From contig JAQSYP010000003.1 in the NCBI GenBank assembly GCA_029256085.1, positions 127,193 through 191,192 on the forward strand: 64,000 nucleotides of DNA, written 5' to 3'. Position numbers and translations under genes: made by a program. This stretch comes from Bacillales bacterium. Lineage in GTDB: Bacteria; Bacillota; Bacilli; CAJFEE01. Under the pieces are notes generated by a model. It searched no databases. It saw only the letters and a program-made list of their open reading frames with translations, and was not told where the DNA came from. Shown here piece after piece: positions 1-10,592 of this stretch (position 1 is its first letter; each line of letters begins with the position of its first letter).

Positions 1-795
1 AATCCAAGAGAGGCAATAAAGAATAACGTTTTTGGAACTAAGAATGTTGCAGAAGCAGCTAACGCTTTCGATGTTCATACTTTCGTATTAGTATCTTCAG
101 ATAAAGCTGTAAATCCAACAAATGTTATGGGATCTACAAAAAGAATTGCAGAGATGGTAATTCAAAAAATGAATCAGAGCAGTAGGACAAAGTTTGTAGC
201 CGTTCGTTTCGGTAATGTATTAGGTAGTCGGGGAAGTGTTATTCCATTATTCAAAAAGCAAATCCAAGCTGGTGGACCTGTTACTGTTACACATCCAGAT
301 ATGACGAGATACTTTATGACTATACCTGAGGCATCAAAGCTTGTAATTCAAGCAGGTTCCTTAGCTAGAGGAGGAGAAATCTTCGTTCTAGATATGGGTG
401 AGCCTGTTAAAATTGTAGACTTAGCGAAAAACCTAATTAGATTATCAGGTTATACAATAGAAGAAATTGGTATAGAGTACTCAGGAATACGTCCTGGTGA
501 GAAAATGTATGAAGAGTTACTAAATGAAAAAGAAATTGAACACAATCCAATTTTCCCAAAGATATTTATTGGTAAATCTGTTTTAGAGCAAGAAGAGGAG
601 ATGGATTTTCTTCTCAGACATTATGAAGATTTAACCGAAAATGAGTTAAAAGACTATGTAATAGATTTAGCTAACTATAGAACTAATAACATCCTATCAT
701 TTGATACACATGATAAATTTTTTAAGATAAAAGAGGTTAGAAAAGCAACTGTAATTCAAAAAGCAGTAGCTCGCGTTGGTAGTAGAGAAGTATAA
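1..795 (+). CDS. CapD/PglF-type polysaccharide biosynthesis protein (UDP-GlcNAc 4,6-dehydratase family), C-terminal part; the 5' end lies outside the window
   Basis: Frame 1 is open from nt 1 (NPREAIKNNVFGTKNVAEAA...SSDKAVNPTNVMGSTKRIAE). The motifs RFGNVLGSRGSVIPLFKKQI and GGPVTVTHPDMTRYFMTIPEA are typical of CapD/EpsC/PglF. Stop at 793-795. Confidence 0.8.
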   Translation, partial: NPREAIKNNVFGTKNVAEAANAFDVHTFVLVSSDKAVNPTNVMGSTKRIAEMVIQKMNQSSRTKFVAVRFGNVLGSRGSVIPLFKKQIQAGGPVTVTHPDMTRYFMTIPEASKLVIQAGSLARGGEIFVLDMGEPVKIVDLAKNLIRLSGYTIEEIGIEYSGIRPGEKMYEELLNEKEIEHNPIFPKIFIGKSVLEQEEEMDFLLRHYEDLTENELKDYVIDLANYRTNNILSFDTHDKFFKIKEVRKATVIQKAVARVGSREV

Positions 796-907
796 ATTTT
801 TTTGTATGATATGAGAATCTGTTAGCTAATAGTTAAAGGAACATATTTCTAGTATGTTCCTTTTGTTTAATAATAATATCACTAACGGACAAGAGGGGAA
901 TTTAATT

Positions 908-1528
908 ATGTATTTAATAGCTAAAAGAGCAGTTGATATTACCCTTTCTTTCTTAGGCTTGATTATATTGTTACCAGTATTTTTTATTATTATTATCGCT
1001 ATTAAGATTGAGTCGAGAGGGCCAGTTCTATTTAAACAGAAAAGAGTAGGTATAAATAAAGTTCATTTTAATATTCTAAAATTCCGTACTATGAAAATAG
1101 ATACACCAAAGGACTCGCCAACTCATCTACTTGTAAATCCAGATCAATATATAACAAAAGTTGGGAAGTTTCTTCGTAAAACTAGCTTAGACGAACTACC
1201 ACAAATTTTCAATATTCTTTTAGGTGATATGTCAATAATTGGTCCACGTCCTGCCCTATGGAATCAGTACGATTTGATTGAAGAACGGGATATATACGGT
1301 GCAAATGAAGTCCTACCGGGATTAACTGGATGGGCTCAAATTAATGGTAGGGATGAGTTACCAATAGATATTAAAGCCGAGTTAGATGGCGAATACGTAA
1401 AAAAAATGGGTGTTATATTTGATGTTAAATGTTTTTTCGGAACAATAATATCAGTTTTAAAGAGTGATGGAGTCGTTGAAGGTGGGTCTAGTACTAAAAG
1501 TAGAGTTGAGGAGAAATTATCAAAGTGA
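908..1528 (+). CDS. Undecaprenyl-phosphate sugar-phosphate transferase (bacterial sugar transferase family, CapM/PglC-like)
   Basis: One N-terminal TM segment, then KFRTMKIDTPKD and DELPQIFNILLGDMSIIGPRPAL. ATG at 908 follows GAGGGG; the ORF-track start at 854 has no RBS. Confidence 0.85.
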   Translation: MYLIAKRAVDITLSFLGLIILLPVFFIIIIAIKIESRGPVLFKQKRVGINKVHFNILKFRTMKIDTPKDSPTHLLVNPDQYITKVGKFLRKTSLDELPQIFNILLGDMSIIGPRPALWNQYDLIEERDIYGANEVLPGLTGWAQINGRDELPIDIKAELDGEYVKKMGVIFDVKCFFGTIISVLKSDGVVEGGSSTKSRVEEKLSK

Positions 1529-2382
1529 AAAACATATTAATTACAGGGGTAAATAGCTATGTCGGGAAGAGTATGCAAACTTGGCTAGAAAAGTATCCTG
1601 AAGAATATTCAGTAACTTTAATAAGTTTACGTGACAAATCATGGGAAAACATGGAACTTTCATCGTTTGACGTAGTATTACATGTAGCTGGTATTGCACA
1701 TGTATCGACAGATCCGAATTTAGAAGAGTTATATTATAAAGTTAATCGAGATTTGACAATAGAGGTCGCAAAAAAAGCTAAAAATGAAGGTGTAAAACAG
1801 TTTATATTTATGAGTAGTATTATAGTTTATGGTGATAGTAATGATGAAGTAAAATTGATAGTTAAAGATACAAAACCGAATCCAAGTAATTTCTACGGTA
1901 AAAGTAAGTTACAGGCCGAAGAAGGTATTAGACCACTACAGAATGAAAATTTCAAAATTGCAGTTGTAAGGCCACCGATGATTTATGGTAAAGGTTCTAA
2001 AGGTAATTATCCAAAATTAGCTAAATTGGCAAAAATACTACCTTTCTTTCCTGATATCAATAACAAAAGAAGTATGCTTCATATAGACAATCTATGTGAA
2101 TTTCTAAGATTAATTATTGAAAGCAAAGAAAGCGGATTGTTTTTTCCGCAAAACAAAGAATACGTTAAAACAAGTGAAATGGTTAGGATAATAGCAGAGA
2201 CACACGGAAAAAAAATTGTCCTTACTAAGATTTTTAATCCCTTAATTAAAGTTTTAGGAATGAGGTTAAGTATAATTAATAAGGTTTTTGGAAATTTGGT
2301 ATATGACTCAAGCATGAGTAATTATAAAGAAACATACCAAATTAGAAATTTAAGACAAACGATAGAGAAGACGGAAAAGTAG
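1525..2382 (+). CDS. NAD-dependent epimerase/dehydratase family protein, CapN-like (candidate UDP-4-keto-6-deoxy-HexNAc reductase)
   Basis: N-terminal Rossmann motif ILITGVNSYVG and a YGKSK catalytic pair. GTG start overlaps the upstream stop (GTGA). Its position next to CapD-like and CapM-like genes matches the staphylococcal cap logic. Confidence 0.65.
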   Translation: MKNILITGVNSYVGKSMQTWLEKYPEEYSVTLISLRDKSWENMELSSFDVVLHVAGIAHVSTDPNLEELYYKVNRDLTIEVAKKAKNEGVKQFIFMSSIIVYGDSNDEVKLIVKDTKPNPSNFYGKSKLQAEEGIRPLQNENFKIAVVRPPMIYGKGSKGNYPKLAKLAKILPFFPDINNKRSMLHIDNLCEFLRLIIESKESGLFFPQNKEYVKTSEMVRIIAETHGKKIVLTKIFNPLIKVLGMRLSIINKVFGNLVYDSSMSNYKETYQIRNLRQTIEKTEK

Positions 2383-2403
2383 GGATGGAGTGTGGATAAT
2401 TGA

Positions 2404-3615
2404 ATGAAAAAACATATTCTAGTTGTTGCTCAATATTTTTATCCTGAACAATTCCGTATAAACGATATTTGTACAGAGTGGGTAAACAGGGGATATAAGG
2501 TAACAGTTTTAACAGGCATCCCAAACTATCCACAAGGTAAATACTATAGTGGGTATGGATTTTTTAATAAAAGAAAAGATGTATACAATGGGATAGATAT
2601 TATAAGGATTCCATTAATTCCAAGAGGTAATAATTCAGTGATGCTTGTACTTAATTATTTATCCTTTGTTCTTTCTGGATTTATTTGGAAGTTATTTACA
2701 CAAATAAAAGCGGACTATGTATTTATATATGAGGTATCACCAATGACACAGGCATTACCTGGAGTATGGTATGCCCAAAAAAGAAATATACCTTGCTATC
2801 TATATGTTACTGACTTATGGCCTGAGAATGTAGAAATTGCTGCAGGGATTAAGAACAAACATATTTTAAATGGAATTGGGGCGATGGTTGATTATATTTA
2901 TAAACGCTGCGATAGAATATTTACATCCTCAAATAGTTTTATAAATGCAATTAATCATCGGGGTGTGTCACTAGATAAAATAGAATTTTGGCCACAATAC
3001 GCTGAAGATTACTATTATCAAGTAGATAAAAGTGATACTTGTGTACCAGAGATACCACAAGATGATAAACTTAATATTATTTTTGCAGGTAATATTGGTT
3101 TTGCACAAGGTTTAGACATTTTGCCCGAAGTTGCTAGTATATTAAAGAATAATAATATTAATGTTCGTTTTAATATAGTTGGTGATGGGCGATTTAAACG
3201 TAATCTTATAAAAATGGTTTTAGATAGAGACTTAGCCGAAATGTTTAATTTTGTTGAAAAAGTACCAGCAACTAGAATATCAGAATTCATGGCAGTATGT
3301 GATGCGACTCTTATAAGTTTAGCAAAGAGTAAAGTATTTTCAATAACGCTCCCTGCAAAAACGCAATCATGCTTGGCTTGTGGTATTCCCATACTAGTTT
3401 CTGCTGATGGGGAAATACAAAATGTTGTAAACCAGGCTAAAGCGGGGATATGTAGTAATGCTGGAGATGCTCAAGGGTTAGCAGATAATATAAAATTACT
3501 AGTATCTATGTCAGCAACGGAGTTACTTTCAATGTCTGACAACGCATTAAAATATTACAAGTTAACTTTTGATAAAAATAAATTGTTGAATAGAATGGAT
3601 AAATGGTTTAAATAA
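2404..3615 (+). CDS. Glycosyltransferase family 4, WbuB/CapL-like (candidate L-FucNAc transferase)
   Basis: Starts MKKHILVVAQYFYPEQFRINDI, has a DLWPE motif and a GT-B C-terminal half. It sits immediately upstream of the FnlABC-type genes, as in WbuB/CapL loci. Confidence 0.7.
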   Translation: MKKHILVVAQYFYPEQFRINDICTEWVNRGYKVTVLTGIPNYPQGKYYSGYGFFNKRKDVYNGIDIIRIPLIPRGNNSVMLVLNYLSFVLSGFIWKLFTQIKADYVFIYEVSPMTQALPGVWYAQKRNIPCYLYVTDLWPENVEIAAGIKNKHILNGIGAMVDYIYKRCDRIFTSSNSFINAINHRGVSLDKIEFWPQYAEDYYYQVDKSDTCVPEIPQDDKLNIIFAGNIGFAQGLDILPEVASILKNNNINVRFNIVGDGRFKRNLIKMVLDRDLAEMFNFVEKVPATRISEFMAVCDATLISLAKSKVFSITLPAKTQSCLACGIPILVSADGEIQNVVNQAKAGICSNAGDAQGLADNIKLLVSMSATELLSMSDNALKYYKLTFDKNKLLNRMDKWFK

Positions 3616-3645
3616 AAGCTACCTAATGAGAAGGAGTTATTAAGT

Positions 3646-4665
3646 ATGTTCAAAGATAAAACTTTATTAATAACAGGCGGTACAGGATCGTTCGGAAATG
3701 CAGTAATGAAGAGATTTTTGCATACAGATGTAAAAGAAATACGTATTTTTTCGCGTGATGAAAAAAAGCAAGACGATATGAGAAAGCAGTATAGAGATGA
3801 TAAGTTAAAATTTTATATTGGGGACATTAGGGACTTAGCTAGTATAAAAAATGCTATGTATGATGTGGATTACGTATTTCATGCCGCAGCACTAAAGCAA
3901 GTGCCTTCATGTGAGTTTTTTCCTTTAGAAGCAGTAAAAACAAATGTATTAGGAACAGAAAATGTATTAACAAGTGCCATTGAGTCTGGGGTAAAGAAAG
4001 TTATATGTTTATCAACTGATAAAGCTGCTTACCCGATAAATGCTATGGGCATATCAAAAGCTATGATGGAAAAAGTATTTGTAGCAAAATCAAAAACAAT
4101 TGATAGTGAAAAAACCCTAATTTGTGGAACCCGTTATGGCAATGTAATGGCGTCAAGAGGCTCAGTTATTCCATTGTTTATTGATCAAATTAAGAATGGA
4201 CAACCATTAACTGTTACAGATCCTAATATGACTAGATTTTTGATGAGTTTAGAAGAAGCAGTAGAACTTGTTGTTTTTGCATTTCAAAATGCAGAAGCAG
4301 GAGATATTATGGTTCAAAAGTCTCCAGCATCTACTGTCTGGGATTTAGCACAAGCAATTAAGGAATTATTTGGTGTGGACAATGAAATCAAAATAATTGG
4401 CACACGTCATGGCGAGAAACTATATGAAACCCTTCTAACAAGGGAAGAACATATAGTTGCCCAAGATCTAGGTGGTTTCTATAGAGTTCCAGCAGACGCA
4501 AGAGACTTAAACTATGATAAATACTTTATAGAAGGAGATAAGAAATTATCTTCGGAAGAAGAATATAACTCACATAATACTGAGAGATTAAGTATTAACG
4601 AGATCAAAGAAAAATTATTAGAGCTTGACTATGTTAGACAAGAGTTAATTGGGTGGAATAGATAA
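3646..4665 (+). CDS. fnlA: UDP-GlcNAc 4,6-dehydratase/5-epimerase, FnlA/CapE type
   Basis: LLITGGTGSFGNAV, MGISKAMMEK and RYGNVMASRGSVIPLF. It is followed directly by FnlB-like and FnlC-like genes. Confidence 0.85.
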   Translation: MFKDKTLLITGGTGSFGNAVMKRFLHTDVKEIRIFSRDEKKQDDMRKQYRDDKLKFYIGDIRDLASIKNAMYDVDYVFHAAALKQVPSCEFFPLEAVKTNVLGTENVLTSAIESGVKKVICLSTDKAAYPINAMGISKAMMEKVFVAKSKTIDSEKTLICGTRYGNVMASRGSVIPLFIDQIKNGQPLTVTDPNMTRFLMSLEEAVELVVFAFQNAEAGDIMVQKSPASTVWDLAQAIKELFGVDNEIKIIGTRHGEKLYETLLTREEHIVAQDLGGFYRVPADARDLNYDKYFIEGDKKLSSEEEYNSHNTERLSINEIKEKLLELDYVRQELIGWNR

Positions 4666-5774
4666 TGAAAATATTAGTTACTGGTGCAAAAGGTTTCATT
4701 GGAAAAAACTTGGTTACAGAACTTAAAAACAGGGAATACAACGAAATTTATGAGTACAGTAAAGATATGGATATCTCTATACTGGATGAGTATTGTAAGA
4801 ATACTGATTTTGTTTTTCATCTTGCAGGGATTAATCGTCCACAAGATGAATCTGATTTTATGAGTGGGAACTTTGGTTTTACATCGACTCTACTTGAAAG
4901 TTTGAAGAAACACAATAATATTTGTCCGATCTTAATTTCATCTTCAATCCAAGCAGAAATTAATAACCCTTATGGTAATAGTAAAAAAGCAGGGGAAAAT
5001 TTGATTTTTAATTACAGTAAAGAAGTAGGATCAAGAGTACTTGTATACAGATTACCTAACGTTTTCGGTAAATGGTGTAAACCAAATTATAACAGTGCAG
5101 TTGCAACATTTTGTTTTAATGTGGCACGAGATTTAGATATAAATGTTAATGATCGTAGTGTAAATATGGATTTAGTATATATAGATGACGTTGTAGATGA
5201 ACTTATAAATGCACTAGAAGGTAAGGAAAATAAAGTAGGAGATTTTTGTGAAATTCCAGTAGTTCATACTATTACACTAGGTGAGATAGTTGATTTAATT
5301 TATTCGTTTAAAGATAGTCGTGAAAACAGAACAATTCCGAAAATGTCTAATCCATTTTCAAAAAAACTGTATAGTACGTATTTGAGCTATTTGCCAGAAG
5401 ATAAGTTTAGTTATGAACTTAAAATGAATATCGATCAAAGAGGTTCATTTACTGAGTTTATTAAGACACCTGACAGAGGTCAAGTTTCTATAAATATCTC
5501 TAAACCTGGAATAACTAAAGGTAACCATTGGCATAACACTAAAAATGAAAAATTTTTGGTAGTCAGTGGTACAGGAGTCATAAGGTTTAGAAAAGTAGAT
5601 ACAAATGAAGTTATAGAATATTTTGTTAATGGGGACAAGTTAGAAGTAGTTGATATTCCAGTTGGATACACTCACAATATTGAAAATCTAGGCGATAATG
5701 AAATGGTGACTATTATGTGGGCTAATGAATCTTTTGATCCTAATAGACCTGACACATACTATTTGGAGGTATAA
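4665..5774 (+). CDS. fnlB: FnlB/CapF-type bifunctional reductase/epimerase (SDR N-domain plus C-terminal cupin)
   Basis: ILVTGAKGFIGKNL at the N-terminus. C-terminal cupin-like DQRGSFTEF...KGNHWHNTKNEKFLVVSG. ATG overlaps the upstream stop (TAATG). Confidence 0.8.
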   Translation: MKILVTGAKGFIGKNLVTELKNREYNEIYEYSKDMDISILDEYCKNTDFVFHLAGINRPQDESDFMSGNFGFTSTLLESLKKHNNICPILISSSIQAEINNPYGNSKKAGENLIFNYSKEVGSRVLVYRLPNVFGKWCKPNYNSAVATFCFNVARDLDINVNDRSVNMDLVYIDDVVDELINALEGKENKVGDFCEIPVVHTITLGEIVDLIYSFKDSRENRTIPKMSNPFSKKLYSTYLSYLPEDKFSYELKMNIDQRGSFTEFIKTPDRGQVSINISKPGITKGNHWHNTKNEKFLVVSGTGVIRFRKVDTNEVIEYFVNGDKLEVVDIPVGYTHNIENLGDNEMVTIMWANESFDPNRPDTYYLEV

Positions 5775-5777
5775 AGA

Positions 5778-6905
5778 GTGAAGAAATTAAAGGTTATGAC
5801 AGTTGTTGGTACAAGACCAGAGATTATTCGACTATCAGCTGTTATTAATAAATTAGAAGAATCAAATGCTGTTGAGCATACTCTTGTCCATACAGGACAA
5901 AATTATGATTATGAACTAAATGAAGTTTTCTTTAATGATTTTAAATTAAAGAAGCCAGATTACTTTCTAAACGCTGCTACAGGAACTGCTGTTGAGACAA
6001 TAGGGAATATCTTAATTAAAATAGATCCGATTCTAGAAGAGGTTAAACCTGAGGCTATTCTAGTATTAGGTGATACTAATAGCTGCCTTTGTGCAATAGC
6101 GGCAAAAAGAAGAAAAATACCAATCTTCCATATGGAAGCTGGAAATAGATGTTTTGATCAAAGAGTTCCAGAAGAAACAAACAGAAAAATCGTAGATCAT
6201 ATTGCAGATATCAATCTAACTTACAGTGATATTGCGAGAGAGTATTTATTAAGGGAAGGATTGCCTGCTGATAGAATAATCAAAACTGGTAGTCCTATGT
6301 TTGAAGTATTAAATTCCAGAAAAGCTGATATTGAAAATTCAGATGTACTAAATAGATTAGAGATAGAAGAAGGTAAATATTTCGTAGTTTCAGCGCATAG
6401 AGAAGAAAATATTAGCTCAGAGTCTAATTTTTTAAATCTAGTTGATAGCTTAAATGCAGTTGCAGAAAAATACAATATGCCAATTATAGTTAGTACACAT
6501 CCAAGAACTAGAAACATGATTGAAGCAAAAGGTATTAAATTTAACCCATTAGTAAAAACCCTTAAACCACTTGGATTTAATGATTATGTAAAACTACAAG
6601 TCAAGGCTAAGGCTGTACTTAGCGATAGCGGAACTATCAGTGAAGAATCATCTATTCTTGGATTTAAAGCACTAAATATTAGACAAGCCCATGAAAGACC
6701 AGAGGCAATGGAAGAAGCATCGGCGATGTTAGTTGGACTTAAAAAAGAAAGAATTATACAGGGTCTAGAGATATTAGAAACTCAAGAAGAAAGCACACTT
6801 AGACTAGTTGCTGATTATAGTATGCCAAATGTTTCAGATAAAGTATTAAGAATATTATTATCTTATACTGATTATGTAAATAGAGTAGTGTGGAGCAAGT
6901 ACTAG
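5778..6905 (+). CDS. fnlC: UDP-N-acetylglucosamine 2-epimerase (non-hydrolysing), FnlC/CapG type
   Basis: VGTRPEIIRLS, HMEAGNRCFD and SAHREEN. GTG start 8 nt after GGAGG. Confidence 0.85.
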   Translation: MKKLKVMTVVGTRPEIIRLSAVINKLEESNAVEHTLVHTGQNYDYELNEVFFNDFKLKKPDYFLNAATGTAVETIGNILIKIDPILEEVKPEAILVLGDTNSCLCAIAAKRRKIPIFHMEAGNRCFDQRVPEETNRKIVDHIADINLTYSDIAREYLLREGLPADRIIKTGSPMFEVLNSRKADIENSDVLNRLEIEEGKYFVVSAHREENISSESNFLNLVDSLNAVAEKYNMPIIVSTHPRTRNMIEAKGIKFNPLVKTLKPLGFNDYVKLQVKAKAVLSDSGTISEESSILGFKALNIRQAHERPEAMEEASAMLVGLKKERIIQGLEILETQEESTLRLVADYSMPNVSDKVLRILLSYTDYVNRVVWSKY

Positions 6906-6919
6906 GAGGAGAAACAATT

Positions 6920-8146
6920 TTGAGTATAGTAGGTGATTTAATGGAAGTTATGGTTGTTCCTGATGGCCACTATTACAAACTTCCAAGTGGTGAGGTTTAT
7001 GTTGAATCTGTTTTCAATTATGAATTCTTTGCAAGATATCTTTCAGTTTTTGATAAGGTTTATGTTTTAGGTAGAATAACTTATGTAGATAAAGCTCCTA
7101 AAAATATGAAATTAGCAAGTGGTAATAAGGTTGAATTTTTAGATTTTCCAGCATTTAGGGGTCCTTGGCAGTACTTAAGAAATTATAAAACAATAAAAAA
7201 GTTGGCTAAAAGTTATTCAAATAGGTTTGATTGTGCAATATTTAGAGTTCCTGGAGCAACAGCAAATATTATTTCCAAAGAATTTATATCAACAAAGAAA
7301 CCTTTTGCTGTTGAGGTTGTAGTAGATCCTTGGGATTATTTTAGAAAAGGTACAATAAAAAGCATTACAAGACCAATTGTTAGACTAAGTTGGACAAACT
7401 ATTTGAAAAGAATATGCAAAATAGCTAATGGGGTATCTTACGTAACTAGGGAATATTTACAAAAGAAATATCCTTCACATTCTCTTATTTATGGAGAAAC
7501 TAAGGAATATTTTTCTACCAACTATTCTTCGGTTTCAATACGCAAAGACAGTTATGGAAAACCAAAGAAATATTTTGATAAGAGTAGTTATGTAATTACA
7601 CACGCTGCTAATTCCTTTACAACTTATGGAAAAGGGCATAATACCCTTATGAAAGCATTGAAAATTTTAAGGGAAAGTAACATTGATGTAAAAATAATTT
7701 TTATAGGTGATGGTCCTCTTAAAGAAAATTTTATTGAATTTTCTAAAGAACTAGGAGTGTCTGAACATGTCAAATTTATTGGAAGGTTATCTGATGGTAA
7801 CGAAGTAAGAAATGTTGTAAGTAAATCGGATTTGTTTGTATTTCCAACAATGGCTGAGGGGTTGCCCAGAGTAATCTTAGAAGCGATGTCAGTAGGATTA
7901 CCTTGTATTTCGTCACCAGTGTCAGGTATCCCTGAAATTTTGGGTAAAGAATTCTTGATTGATTATGATGATTTTAAGGGATATGCTACCAAAATTATGG
8001 AACTAATCAATAACAAGGAACTGCTTGAAGAAGCAAGTATAAATAATATTAAGGTTGCTCAAGAATACTCTGAGGAAACATTAAATATGAGACGTGAGAT
8101 GTTTTTTAGAAAATTATATGACCTTGCGAAAAATTCTGTTAAATAA
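6920..8146 (+). CDS. Glycosyltransferase family 4
   Basis: C-terminal FVFPTMAEGLPRVILEAMSVGLPCISSPVSGIPEIL (EX7E-type GT4 signature). TTG at 6920 lies 10 nt after AGGAGG; ATG at 6941 is an alternative. The ORF-track start at 6890 overlaps fnlC. Confidence 0.75.
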   Translation: MSIVGDLMEVMVVPDGHYYKLPSGEVYVESVFNYEFFARYLSVFDKVYVLGRITYVDKAPKNMKLASGNKVEFLDFPAFRGPWQYLRNYKTIKKLAKSYSNRFDCAIFRVPGATANIISKEFISTKKPFAVEVVVDPWDYFRKGTIKSITRPIVRLSWTNYLKRICKIANGVSYVTREYLQKKYPSHSLIYGETKEYFSTNYSSVSIRKDSYGKPKKYFDKSSYVITHAANSFTTYGKGHNTLMKALKILRESNIDVKIIFIGDGPLKENFIEFSKELGVSEHVKFIGRLSDGNEVRNVVSKSDLFVFPTMAEGLPRVILEAMSVGLPCISSPVSGIPEILGKEFLIDYDDFKGYATKIMELINNKELLEEASINNIKVAQEYSEETLNMRREMFFRKLYDLAKNSVK

Positions 8147-8255
8147 ATTAAGAACTTATAAAATTGGTAAATAGAAATTTAATTATATCAATAGCATTCT
8201 TGAAAGTGTCAAATTCAATAGAAATATTACTGAAAATTAGTTAGAGGTGCCCAAA

Positions 8256-9503
8256 TTGCGTAAAGTATTGCTGGTACAGTATTTTTATAAACCTTTTTCT
8301 TCCAATCAAAGTTTTAGATATGAAAGTATAATAGAAAATTATCAAAATAAAAAAATGAGGATAGATATTCTAACTTCAAAGCATGAAGGATTACCTGATG
8401 TTGAAGAAACTGAGAGTGGATTTATTTATAGGGTGAATTCGAAATTATTAGCTAAGGATTTAAAAAAAGTTGATAATGGAGAAAATATAAATAGTGGACG
8501 TAAAAACTTAAAAGGCAAGTTAATAAGTATGGTTAAACAGATAGTATATAAGTTTATGTGGCCTGATTTTGCAGGTCTCTGGATATTTCCGGCCATAAGG
8601 AAAGGAAAGCATCTTGCTAGAGTTGAAGGTTATGATCTGATTATTTCTGGATCATTCCCTTTTTCATCGCACATCGTAGCGTATTTTATAAAAAGGGAAA
8701 AAAAGGGGATGAGATGGGTTGTTGATTATTTAGACCCATTCTCTATTATTAAACATAATGAGAACCCATCAAATAATACCAAAATTTTTGGTGGTTTAAA
8801 TAAAATTGTTGAAAAACAAATTAATAGAAACGCAGATAAAATAATCATTTTAAAAGAAGCATTTTCTTCTTTTAAAGACTATTTTCCAGATTTGTTAGAA
8901 AAAACGACTGTAGCCCCACCAATGCTAGGGATAAATCCTTACACTTTTTACAATACAGTACCGTTTAATTTTTCAAATAAAGGAATAAACATTGTATTTA
9001 TTGGCACGTTATATAAATCAATTAGGAATCCAGAGCCAATACTTCGTATTATTCAAGAAATGTCGTATTATGATAGTGATATCTATGTTCATTTTGTAGG
9101 AGACCTAAAAGATTGTAAGGAAATAGTCCAAAAATATAATAATACTATGAGTAGTTTAAAGATTATTACACACGGAAAAGTTTCGCGTGATAAAGCAATT
9201 TCTTTTATGAAAGGTGCAGACGTACTTCTTAATATCTCTAACAGCTCTCAGGTACAGTTACCCGGTAAAGTAGTAGAGTATGCATTTTCTAAGAAGAAAG
9301 TCATAAATTACTCGTTAAATAAAAATAGTAATACTTCACAGTTCTTTGAAGAAGTCGGATTGTCTAATAAAGTTTTTAATATAATAGGTGACCACTGCGA
9401 TATAAGAGCTTTGTATACTTTTATAACAAGTAGTGTAGAGGAAAAAGAAATTGATATGAAAAAATATTTACCTGAAAATATAGCGAAGATCTACTTTGAA
9501 TAA
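8256..9503 (+). CDS. Divergent GT-B-fold glycosyltransferase-like protein
   Basis: Starts (M)RKVLLVQYFYKP like GT-B enzymes and has a C-terminal LPGKVVEYAFSKKKVI nucleotide-sugar-binding-like motif. TTG at 8256 follows AGAGGTG; the GTG at 8247 lies inside that RBS. Assigned only by layout and context. Confidence 0.5.
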   Translation: MRKVLLVQYFYKPFSSNQSFRYESIIENYQNKKMRIDILTSKHEGLPDVEETESGFIYRVNSKLLAKDLKKVDNGENINSGRKNLKGKLISMVKQIVYKFMWPDFAGLWIFPAIRKGKHLARVEGYDLIISGSFPFSSHIVAYFIKREKKGMRWVVDYLDPFSIIKHNENPSNNTKIFGGLNKIVEKQINRNADKIIILKEAFSSFKDYFPDLLEKTTVAPPMLGINPYTFYNTVPFNFSNKGINIVFIGTLYKSIRNPEPILRIIQEMSYYDSDIYVHFVGDLKDCKEIVQKYNNTMSSLKIITHGKVSRDKAISFMKGADVLLNISNSSQVQLPGKVVEYAFSKKKVINYSLNKNSNTSQFFEEVGLSNKVFNIIGDHCDIRALYTFITSSVEEKEIDMKKYLPENIAKIYFE

Positions 9504-9545
9504 AAAAATCTGAATGATTAAATATAGGATGATAGGTGAATTTTA

Positions 9546-10592
9546 GTGGCTGTATACTATATATTATTTGCTCTACTAGCTTTTTTTTCTTTATTAGAAA
9601 GGGATAATAAATTCAGTAAAATATCTTTGAAAATAATTTTATTGTTATTGATATTATTCGTTGGACTAAGATATCAAGTGGGGAATGATTATGCAGAATA
9701 TTTTATGCATCATTCATTCATACATCAAGGTTCCACAAACTACTTTGAACCATTATTTACATTGTTGAATTATATAACTCCAACTCCTTATCACATGTTT
9801 TTTGCTTCATCAGTAATTTCATTTATTTTTTTATACTTGTCGTTTAAATATTTTGCTCCTAATAATGGAATTTTATTATTTACTCTTTATTTCGGAATAT
9901 ACTTAATAATATTTGATATTCACATTATTAGACAAGGTATCGCAATAGCTATGGTACTTTATTCATGGAAATTTGCAGTAGAAAATAAAAAGATTAAGTT
10001 TTTTTCACTGGTGTTAATTGCCACAGGGTTTCACTCTTCAGCTGTTATCGCCTTACCAGCATATTTTTTAGGTAAAATTAAATTTACAAAAAAATTAAAA
10101 GTTAGCTTATTAAGTATATCAACGATAACACTATTTATACTTGTTTTTTTTAAGAATTTAGTATTTGATCTCATATCATTGTTTCCGTTGTTTGAGAGAT
10201 ATGCTAAAGTCTATTTGGACCCGCAATTTTCAAGCACTGAACCTATATCCTTTGGGTTTATGTTAAATATTGTTGCTTTCTTCATTATTGAATACATTAT
10301 AGTAAAAAGACCAAATAGCTTTAACAATCCTAAAATGCAATTTGTTGAGAATATGTTCTTTGTAGGAATATTAGCATCTATTGTACTTAGGTTTAGTTCT
10401 ATAGCATTGCGTTTTAATTACTTTTATCAAATATCAAATATTTTTATCTTTGTTTTAATAATATTCTCATTTAAAGAAAAGATGCAGATGCCAGTAAAAG
10501 TTGTTTTCATAATTATTGCTTTATTATATTTGTATGTAAATCTAAATACGGGACATGCGATTTTAGATTATAAAACAATACTTTCTAAATAG
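9546..10592 (+). CDS. EpsG-family polysaccharide polymerase (Wzy-type)
   Basis: Polytopic membrane protein of about 10 TM segments with an LRYQVGNDYAEYF motif typical of the EpsG family. GTG start 6 nt after AGGTGA. Confidence 0.7.
   Translation: MAVYYILFALLAFFSLLERDNKFSKISLKIILLLLILFVGLRYQVGNDYAEYFMHHSFIHQGSTNYFEPLFTLLNYITPTPYHMFFASSVISFIFLYLSFKYFAPNNGILLFTLYFGIYLIIFDIHIIRQGIAIAMVLYSWKFAVENKKIKFFSLVLIATGFHSSAVIALPAYFLGKIKFTKKLKVSLLSISTITLFILVFFKNLVFDLISLFPLFERYAKVYLDPQFSSTEPISFGFMLNIVAFFIIEYIIVKRPNSFNNPKMQFVENMFFVGILASIVLRFSSIALRFNYFYQISNIFIFVLIIFSFKEKMQMPVKVVFIIIALLYLYVNLNTGHAILDYKTILSK

Noticed and set aside
3646-4665. PseB (pseudaminic acid pathway) as an alternative call for the UDP-GlcNAc 4,6-dehydratase/5-epimerase
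   Set aside because: It is followed directly by FnlB/CapF-type (SDR plus cupin) and FnlC/CapG-type genes and preceded by a WbuB-like GT. This is the UDP-L-FucNAc arrangement, and no PseC/PseG/PseI gene is nearby.
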